From Candidatus Eiseniibacteriota bacterium (lineage in GTDB: Bacteria; Eisenbacteria; RBG-16-71-46; SZUA-252), in the NCBI GenBank assembly GCA_038060295.1, contig JBBTHR010000034.1:1-53825 (forward strand): a stretch of DNA of 53,825 nucleotides, read 5' to 3'. The translations under genes and the position numbers were made by a program. Below, in pieces: positions 1 to 7,051 of this stretch (position 1 is the stretch's first letter; every line of letters begins with the position of its first letter). The notes under the pieces were generated by a model that was not told where the DNA came from, ran no database searches, and worked only from the letters and a program-made list of their open reading frames with translations.

Positions 1-287
1 CGCAGGCGGACAAGATCCTCAACAAGAACGGGATCCTGGTCATTCCGGACATTCTCGCCAACAGCGGCGGCGTCACGGTCTCCTACTTCGAGTGGGTGCA
101 GGACCGCCAGGGGCTCTTCTGGCGAGAGGAGGAAGTGAACACCCGCCTGGAGCAGATCATGGTGGACGCCTTCCACGACGTGGCCACGATGGCGGACGAG
201 CACAAGGTCTCGTTCCGCGTCGCCGCGTTCATGCTCGCGATCAAGCGGGTCGTCGACGCCATTCAGCTCCGCGGAGTCTACGCGTAA
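1..287 (+). CDS. gdh: Glu/Leu/Phe/Val dehydrogenase (glutamate dehydrogenase), C-terminal part; 5' end outside the window
   Basis: Frame from base 3 reads [34 protein letters not shown], the conserved GDH C-terminal motif; TAA ends at 287. Confidence 0.93.
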   Translation, partial: QADKILNKNGILVIPDILANSGGVTVSYFEWVQDRQGLFWREEEVNTRLEQIMVDAFHDVATMADEHKVSFRVAAFMLAIKRVVDAIQLRGVYA

Positions 288-300
288 CCCGGACGACGCA

Positions 301-1242
301 TCAGGAGACGAGACCTTCCTCGAATTCCAACGTGCCGCGGAAGGGATCCAGGGTGGCCTTCGCTCCCAGGGGGAACGGCATGTTGCGGCCGCCGTGGCCG
401 GCGGGAAGCCCTCGCAGGACGGGGATCGCCAGGGGCGAGAGATGATCGCGGAGGACGGCCGGGAGCGATAGCTCGCGGTGCCCCTTCTGCGGGACGCAGT
501 TCGTGAACCCTCCCAGGACCGCTCCCTTCACGCCCGCCAGGGCGCCGGAGAAGCGGAGCGACGCCAGTAGGCCGTCGATCCGATAGGGCGCCTCGTTGAC
601 CTCCTCGAGGAAGAGGACGCTTCCCCGGAGCGATGGGAGCAGGCCGGTGAGGGCCGCGTAGTGGAGGAGGACGAGGTTTCCGCCCATCACCCTCCCCCGG
701 ACGCTCCGCGCGGGCCCGGCGAACCTCCGGGGGGCGGGCAGGACGCGCCACCGCGGATCGGGCCGCGGCGTGGTGACCCATTCCAGCCAGCGCCGCAGCT
801 CCCGGGCCGAGGAGCCGCCGAAACTCTGCGCGTTGGGACCGTGAAGGGTCCGCACGCCGGCGCGGAGCGAGAAGCCGGCGTGGATGTAGGTAGCGTCGGA
901 AAATCCGGCGTAGATCTTCGGGTCGCGTCGCATCGCCGCCCAGTCGATTTCCGGAGTGATCCGCATCGTCCCGTATCCCCCACGCGCCATCAGGACGCAG
1001 CGGACGTCGCGATTTCGAAGCGCTCGGTTCAGATCGTCGGCGCGCGCGGCGTCGCTTCCGGCCAGGTGGCCGCGGCGGTCGAAGAGGTGGCGGCCGAAGG
1101 TGATCGTGAAGCCCGCTTCCTCGAGGAGGCGTGCCCCCGCCAGGATCAACGGCCGCTTCACCGGGCCGGAAGGCGCGACCAGCTCGATCCGGTCGCCCGG
1201 ACGAAGTCGCGGAGGCGCGACGAGGGCGCGGCGAGCCGTCAT
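301..1242 (-). CDS. ldcA: LD-carboxypeptidase (peptidase S66, muramoyltetrapeptide carboxypeptidase)
   Basis: MTARRALVAPPRLRPGDRIELVAPS, RGGYG, and triad motifs GFSDAT (Ser), LEEVNE (Glu), PAGHG (His). ATG at 1242 overlaps the dacB stop (ATGA). Confidence 0.92.
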   Translation of the reverse strand: MTARRALVAPPRLRPGDRIELVAPSGPVKRPLILAGARLLEEAGFTITFGRHLFDRRGHLAGSDAARADDLNRALRNRDVRCVLMARGGYGTMRITPEIDWAAMRRDPKIYAGFSDATYIHAGFSLRAGVRTLHGPNAQSFGGSSARELRRWLEWVTTPRPDPRWRVLPAPRRFAGPARSVRGRVMGGNLVLLHYAALTGLLPSLRGSVLFLEEVNEAPYRIDGLLASLRFSGALAGVKGAVLGGFTNCVPQKGHRELSLPAVLRDHLSPLAIPVLRGLPAGHGGRNMPFPLGAKATLDPFRGTLEFEEGLVS

Positions 1243-2957
1243 CGTGGGAGTCTCCCCGGAGGAAGGAACGGCGCCCCGCGATGGCGCGGCGTGCGGGCGA
1301 GGAACGAGACGAGACGCTCCTCCGCGTCGCGCGCCGCCGCGACCGACCGGCGGGCGCCGTTCACCACCATGGCGAAGACGATCTCTTCCCCTTCCGCCGT
1401 ACGCAAATAGCCGGAGAGAGAGCTCACGTTCGTGAGCGTGCCGGTCTTCGCGCTCAGCTCGGCCCCGGGTGGGAGCGCGGCGAAGCGCCGTTCCAGAGTC
1501 CCCGGCTCCCCCGCCACCGCCAGCCCTCGTCGAAGCACGCCACGCAGCGAGTCCGCCCCATCCGACGCCGCGAGCCACCGGACCAGCGCCCGCGGCGTGG
1601 CCAGGTTCTGCGGGGAAAGGCCGGAGCCGTCGACCAGGGAGAGATCGAGCGTGTCGATCCCCGCCTCCGCGGCGAGCCGGTAGATCTGCCCAATCCCCTC
1701 GCGGCGGCTCTTCGACCACCCCGCGGGGCCGACCAGACGCAGGATCCCTTCGGCCTCGATATTCAGGCTGCGCGCGTTCACGGCCCCGATCGCCTCGGCG
1801 ACCGTGGTCGAGGGGAGCGCCGCCACCGTGGCGGAGCGGGAGGCCGACACCGAATCCCAGCCGGCGATGGGCGCGTCGCCGCTCCAGGCCCGATTCGATT
1901 CGGGCTCGATGCCACGCCACGCCTCAGGTCCCAGCGGGCCGCTCCCCTCCCGGCCGGGGAGGAGAAATCCGAGCGACACCTTCTTCAACTCGATTCCCTC
2001 CCGGCGCATGGCGGCCAGCAGCAGATGGGCCGCGGCCGAGTCGGGATCGGACATGGCGACCGACCGCTTCACGCTCCCGCCGCGCGGGACCATGCCGGAG
2101 AGTTCGAGAACGCGCGACCCGAGGGCCCAGCGCGGCGTGAGCCAGCCGGCGGCGCTCGAATCGCCGATCTCGATCCCGGTCACGCGCAGCGCGATCGGAG
2201 TCTCGGGAGGATCGAGGACCAGGCGCACCCTTCCCCGCTCCTCCGTGGCGGTCACGAGCGCCGAGTTGCCGTTCGCGAGGACCGGTCCGAGCGGAGCGCC
2301 GTAGGAGTAGGCGAGATCGTCCTGGCCCCACCCCGCCGGGTATGGTTCGCCCGCGAAGAGGGTCCGGTCGACGTAGAGCGTTCCCTCGAAGCGCCTCAAC
2401 CCGCCGGCGCGCAGCAGCGCGGCGAGCGAATCGAGGAGCCCTCGCGATCCGGGCTGGAGAAGCGGCACGACGTCCGGCATACCGCAGGGCCGAAGCGTCA
2501 GGTCGCCCTTGAAGTCGATGGAGCGCTCCCTGCCCCCCTTGCCGGAGCGTTTCACCTTCCCCCGCGCCTCCAGAATTGTCACGCGCCTCGCGAGCGGCCC
2601 GTGGAGCGCCAGGAGCGCCGCGGTGGGAAAGAGCTTGGCGTTGCTGCCGGGAATCAGCCGGCGGCCGTCGTGGTAGGCCAGGAGCGTGTCCAGGCGGTCC
2701 GAGGAGACGGCCAGAAGGCCGATTTGGGCGCCCCGTAGGTCCGAGCCCAGGATGGAGTCGAACGACTCGGCGTAGTAGCCGCGCGGTCCCTCCGGGGGAC
2801 GCGACGACCGCAGGCTGGCGGCGGACGCGGAACGCGCGCCGGAAACGCCCCCCAGGAGGAGCGCGATCGCGAGGCCGGCGGCCGCCACCCGAAACGGAGC
2901 GGGGCGGACCAGTAACGGTCCGCCCCGATAGGAAGCCTTCGACTTCTGTACGATCAA
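1239..2957 (-). CDS. dacB: D-Ala-D-Ala carboxypeptidase/endopeptidase, PBP4 (peptidase S13)
   Basis: PGSNAKL (SxxK), SLNIEAE (SxN), DGSGLS, AKTGTL (KTG); hydrophobic signal AAAGLAIALLLGG. Start uncertain: TTG 2957 overlapping the upstream TGA, or GTG 2888. Confidence 0.9.
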   Translation of the reverse strand: MIVQKSKASYRGGPLLVRPAPFRVAAAGLAIALLLGGVSGARSASAASLRSSRPPEGPRGYYAESFDSILGSDLRGAQIGLLAVSSDRLDTLLAYHDGRRLIPGSNAKLFPTAALLALHGPLARRVTILEARGKVKRSGKGGRERSIDFKGDLTLRPCGMPDVVPLLQPGSRGLLDSLAALLRAGGLRRFEGTLYVDRTLFAGEPYPAGWGQDDLAYSYGAPLGPVLANGNSALVTATEERGRVRLVLDPPETPIALRVTGIEIGDSSAAGWLTPRWALGSRVLELSGMVPRGGSVKRSVAMSDPDSAAAHLLLAAMRREGIELKKVSLGFLLPGREGSGPLGPEAWRGIEPESNRAWSGDAPIAGWDSVSASRSATVAALPSTTVAEAIGAVNARSLNIEAEGILRLVGPAGWSKSRREGIGQIYRLAAEAGIDTLDLSLVDGSGLSPQNLATPRALVRWLAASDGADSLRGVLRRGLAVAGEPGTLERRFAALPPGAELSAKTGTLTNVSSLSGYLRTAEGEEIVFAMVVNGARRSVAAARDAEERLVSFLARTPRHRGAPFLPPGRLPR

Positions 2958-3997
2958 AACGTGAGGCCGAGCGAGAACTGCTGGTTGTCGTCGAAGAACT
3001 CGCCCGCGTGGGAGCCGGCCCAATCGAAGTGGAACGGCCGGTCGCCCAGCTTGAGATTCACCCCGGCTCCGTAGGTGTAGGAGTAAACGTAGTCCTGCTG
3101 CCGGTCTTCCTTGCTCAGCGGCATCTGGCCCTGGAACCCGCCTCGCAGGTTGAGCCACTCGCCGATCGGAACGTCGGCGCCGATGCGGTACTCATCGGTC
3201 GAGAAGTTGTTGCCCTGGAAGGCTCCGTAGAGCCCCACATGGCGGTTCTCGCCGATCGGCAGGTCGTAGGCCATCCCGATCTGGAGATACGTCGGAATCT
3301 CGAACTCCGCCGTCTGCAGGCGCACCACGTGCGGCTGCGCGGAGGGGTCGCTTCCCGGAAGGGCTACCCGTTCCTCGAAGTTCGGACCGTCGAACCGCAT
3401 GTTCGGCCCGATGTTCTTCATCGCGAAGCCGAATCGGAGCCCGCGCCATCCGGTGTCGTATTGCACGCCGAGATCGACGGCGAAGCCGGAGGCCTGCGCG
3501 TCGGCGACCTTCTCGTTCACGAACGACGTGGTGAACCCGAGAAGGACGCGGTCGGTCATCCGCCGGGCGTAGCTAACCCCGACGACCGAGAAATTGGGAG
3601 TGAGGATCTCGCCCGTGCCCTCGGGCGCGTCCTCGGTGGTCACCGTGATGTCTCCGATGTTCAGCACCTTCGCGTGGAAGGCGATCTCTCCCTGGGACCC
3701 GAGGTGCGTGGCCACCGCGCCGTAGTTCACCTTGGCGTCCGCGAGATAGGTGCTGTAGGAGACCAGGGCCTGCGACTCGTCCGTCGAGGCGAGCGAGGCC
3801 GGGTTGTAGTAGAGATTCGCCAGTCCGCCGCCCAGCGCGACCGTCGACCCGCCGATGGCGATCGACGATGCCCCGACCGGGATGCGGAGTTCCTGCGCGC
3901 CCGACGTCCCGACGCGATCGAGCCCGCCCGCCGACGCGGCGGCGGCGGAGCCCAGAACCGCGACCGAGACCAGGACCTTCGTCACCCATGACTTCAT
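2954..3997 (-). CDS. PorV/PorQ-family outer-membrane beta-barrel
   Basis: Signal peptide MKSWVTKVLVSVAVLGSAAAASA; family-type motifs GTSGAQELRIPVGA...YYNPASLA, AVDLGVQY, GFAMKNIG; ends FSLGLTF. Alternative in-frame ATG at 4045. Confidence 0.82.
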   Translation of the reverse strand: MKSWVTKVLVSVAVLGSAAAASAGGLDRVGTSGAQELRIPVGASSIAIGGSTVALGGGLANLYYNPASLASTDESQALVSYSTYLADAKVNYGAVATHLGSQGEIAFHAKVLNIGDITVTTEDAPEGTGEILTPNFSVVGVSYARRMTDRVLLGFTTSFVNEKVADAQASGFAVDLGVQYDTGWRGLRFGFAMKNIGPNMRFDGPNFEERVALPGSDPSAQPHVVRLQTAEFEIPTYLQIGMAYDLPIGENRHVGLYGAFQGNNFSTDEYRIGADVPIGEWLNLRGGFQGQMPLSKEDRQQDYVYSYTYGAGVNLKLGDRPFHFDWAGSHAGEFFDDNQQFSLGLTF

Positions 3998-4058
3998 CAC
4001 GCTGCCCCTCCGTCCGTTGGAAGGATTCCATTGATCGTTTCGCATGGCGGCTCCTTCC

Positions 4059-7016
4059 TTAGAAGTTGTCGAGCCGTTCCTGCTCGACGAAGACCGCGAG
4101 CCGGTCGGTCTTGCTGCCGACGCCATCCACATCCACGCGATAGATGTAGATTCCGCTCGCGACCGGCAGGTTTCGGTCGGTGTTGAGGTCCCAGTTGATC
4201 GTGGCCACCGCTTGCTCGTCCGCCGTCGTCGCCTCGCGGCGAATCGTCCGCACGAGGTCGCCGCCGAGGTTGAAGATGCGAATCGTCACTCGCCCGGACG
4301 CCGGGATGTTCGTGAACTTAAGCGTGCGGTCGAACTGCGTGAGCTCGTACTTCGAACTGGCGTAGTACGGGTTCGGCACGGCCAGGATCTTCTTCACGTC
4401 GCGGCCGACGACCGTCCCGGGACCGCTCCCGACCTTCTGCGTCGTGAAGGTATAGGAGTCGGCGCTGGTGAATCGCTCCGAGATGATCCGGATCGTGGTC
4501 GGCGCGGGCCAGTCGACGCCGGAGGGATACGTGTCGTTCCTCGGGCGGAACCGGCCCCAGACCTGATCGGAGCCATCCGCCACATAGTCGGTCGACTGCG
4601 TGACCGGATTCGGGGCACCCGCCGTCGTGTCCCAATCCACCGACGCGTACGGGATGGTCCGGATGAAGACCTGGTCGCCCCAGGTCCAGGTCCCGGACAG
4701 GTCGCGGTCGCGCACCATGACACTCATCTTCACGTCGTCGAGCGTGTTGGAGAGAGAATTGAATCCGAGATCCCAGATCTCGAACGGGACCTTGTAGGTC
4801 GCCACGAAGGAGCCCTCTCCGCTTGCATAGCCCCAGGCGAACTCCGTCGTGTCGGGGAGGACGCGGATTTCGAAGTCGTGGTTCGTGGTGGAATGGAACG
4901 AGTAGACGCCGAGCGGAGTCGTCTGGAAGTGCCACGACCCCGTGCCGTCCGTCTGCCCGGCCGTCATGTCCGTCTGCGTCGTGGGCGAGGTCGCCTCCCC
5001 GAACGTCGACACTTGGCGCGGCGCGGTCACGCGGACCATGAGCCCTTCGACGACCGGGTTGTCGTAGTCGCCGCTCACGTTCGTCTGCCCCGTCAGGAGC
5101 GTCGTGCTCGTGGTCGTGTTCGTGAGCGTCCATTGTTCCAGACTGTCCATCTGGACCCGGTAGTTGTTTCCGGTGATGTCGTTCTGGATGAGCTGATCGA
5201 CGTCCGCGAGTCCGGTCGTGTTGAGCGGTCCCGTCGTCCCCGTGGCCGAGACGCCGAAAACAGCGCTGCTTGTGCGGGGCGCGATGGCGATCACATTTCT
5301 GGCGCTCTCGAGTACTTCGGAGATGGCTCCGACGGAGGCCCCCCCGACGATGTAGGGCGGCGCGTTGTTCACGTCGTACGAGTAGGCCGTGACCGCGTAG
5401 TAGTAGTCGCGGTTGTTGATCAGCCTCCCACCCACGATGGCGTCGTTCGTGATGTCGAGTTGGAACGAAAGCCCGTGGTCGGTGCCCGCCACTTTCAGCC
5501 GGCGCTCGACCGTGCCGCTCCCCGAGTTGAACTCGTCGCTGAAGATGTTCGTGACCCCGTTCACCTCGTCGTACGTGGTGATGACGGTCGGATCGGCGTC
5601 GGAGCTATTCGAGGACATCTGCCAGACGCGGAACCCCTCGAAGTGGAACTCCTGCCCGAGCGCCGGATTGGGCTGAACGTCGCCAACCGGCTCCGATCCC
5701 CACACGAGGCGCACGCCATTGTCGAGGGCCTGCGCGTAGATGGTGGGAGACGGCGGCGGCGCCGGAATGTCGAAGTTCAGATCGAAGACGAGCTGCGCGA
5801 CGGCGTCCTTCGCCTTCATGTCCGAGATCGACTCAAGCCGGTTGCCGCCCTGGCCGATGATGATGGCCGTCACGACCTCCTGCGTGTCTCCGGGAGCCAT
5901 CGTGAAGGGGCCCGCGGAGAGGAAGAGCCGACGATCGGCCGGATTCGAATCGAGCCATCCCGTGTTGGTCACAGGATCGCCGGAAACCTGGAAGGTCGTG
6001 ATCGGCTGGAGCGGGTCGTCGTTGGTGTAGATCGGAGATCCGTCCGCGTGGAGCCCCTGCATGTAATTGAAGGTCTCGTCGGGCGCGGCGGGATCGGTGC
6101 CGTTGATGTACTTGTTGAAGGAGGTCATCGGGAGCCGGACGAAGCCTCCGAGCCCGTCCGGTACCTTCGGGCCCTGGAAGAAGTCGTATCCGACCGCCGG
6201 CGGCCGGGCACCATACTGGCCGTCCGAGTTCGTGGCGTTGTAGCAATACCCCAGGCTCAGCGTCGTGTCGCAGCCGACCAGGTCGTCTGTGAACCCGCCC
6301 AGATCGGGATCGCTCCAGACCGAGACGTAGCTGCTGTCGAGCTGACTCCCGCCCTTGTTGATGAACAGCCATTTCACGAAGATGATGTTCCCGAGCGCGC
6401 CGGCGCGGTTGAAGGCGAACACCGTCTGCTGCACCTCGAGACCGAGGGGCGTGGTGCTCCCGGCGTCGTTCGTGTGGGTCCCCGGATCGGCGTCGTTGAA
6501 GACGCTCCAGATCGTCGCGTCGCCGAGGAGGAGCGGATCGCCCAGGCCATCGACGGGCGCGCCCTGCGGCACGGCGTTCGCGAGATAGTCGGCGTAGCCG
6601 ACGCCGCCGCGCTCGATTCGATAGTTACGGAACTCCGGCACGTCGGGCTGAAAGGTGCCGCCCGCCATCGGTCCCGGCGTGAATTCCTGCGAGTACTCCC
6701 CGATCGCCAGCCTTGTCTCCCCGGCCACCCTGGCGCCGACCCAGAGCCCCGCGGCGAAGACCGCGGTCCGGGTGCCGCCCTTGGGGTAGATGAGACCCCC
6801 GTTCCCGGTGATCAGGTCGTAGGCGATCGAACCGTGATTCGTCACGACCATGTCCAGATTGTTGACGTCCATCCGTCCGGAGTTGTCGATCGTCGCCCCG
6901 GCCCGATGCGGCGTCCGCGTCCGGGCGGCGGAGCCGGCACGCGGCGCCGCCCATGCCTCGGGAGCGGCGAGCGCGACCGCGAGCACCGCCACTCCCACCC
7001 ACTTCACAGATCGCAT
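4059..7016 (-). CDS. Large secreted protein (985 aa) with FlgD/T9SS-like C-terminal sorting domain; function unknown
   Basis: SD TAAGGAGG; signal MRSVKWVGVAVLAVALAAPEAWA; FN3-like segment FEGFRV...YYYAVTAY; CTD VPNPY...VTIRIFNLGGDLVRTI...WDL...VASGIYIYRV. Confidence 0.85.
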   Translation of the reverse strand: MRSVKWVGVAVLAVALAAPEAWAAPRAGSAARTRTPHRAGATIDNSGRMDVNNLDMVVTNHGSIAYDLITGNGGLIYPKGGTRTAVFAAGLWVGARVAGETRLAIGEYSQEFTPGPMAGGTFQPDVPEFRNYRIERGGVGYADYLANAVPQGAPVDGLGDPLLLGDATIWSVFNDADPGTHTNDAGSTTPLGLEVQQTVFAFNRAGALGNIIFVKWLFINKGGSQLDSSYVSVWSDPDLGGFTDDLVGCDTTLSLGYCYNATNSDGQYGARPPAVGYDFFQGPKVPDGLGGFVRLPMTSFNKYINGTDPAAPDETFNYMQGLHADGSPIYTNDDPLQPITTFQVSGDPVTNTGWLDSNPADRRLFLSAGPFTMAPGDTQEVVTAIIIGQGGNRLESISDMKAKDAVAQLVFDLNFDIPAPPPSPTIYAQALDNGVRLVWGSEPVGDVQPNPALGQEFHFEGFRVWQMSSNSSDADPTVITTYDEVNGVTNIFSDEFNSGSGTVERRLKVAGTDHGLSFQLDITNDAIVGGRLINNRDYYYAVTAYSYDVNNAPPYIVGGASVGAISEVLESARNVIAIAPRTSSAVFGVSATGTTGPLNTTGLADVDQLIQNDITGNNYRVQMDSLEQWTLTNTTTSTTLLTGQTNVSGDYDNPVVEGLMVRVTAPRQVSTFGEATSPTTQTDMTAGQTDGTGSWHFQTTPLGVYSFHSTTNHDFEIRVLPDTTEFAWGYASGEGSFVATYKVPFEIWDLGFNSLSNTLDDVKMSVMVRDRDLSGTWTWGDQVFIRTIPYASVDWDTTAGAPNPVTQSTDYVADGSDQVWGRFRPRNDTYPSGVDWPAPTTIRIISERFTSADSYTFTTQKVGSGPGTVVGRDVKKILAVPNPYYASSKYELTQFDRTLKFTNIPASGRVTIRIFNLGGDLVRTIRREATTADEQAVATINWDLNTDRNLPVASGIYIYRVDVDGVGSKTDRLAVFVEQERLDNF

Positions 7017-7051
7017 CCTGTCAGCCCTCCTTAGCCTACGGGTCCAGAACG

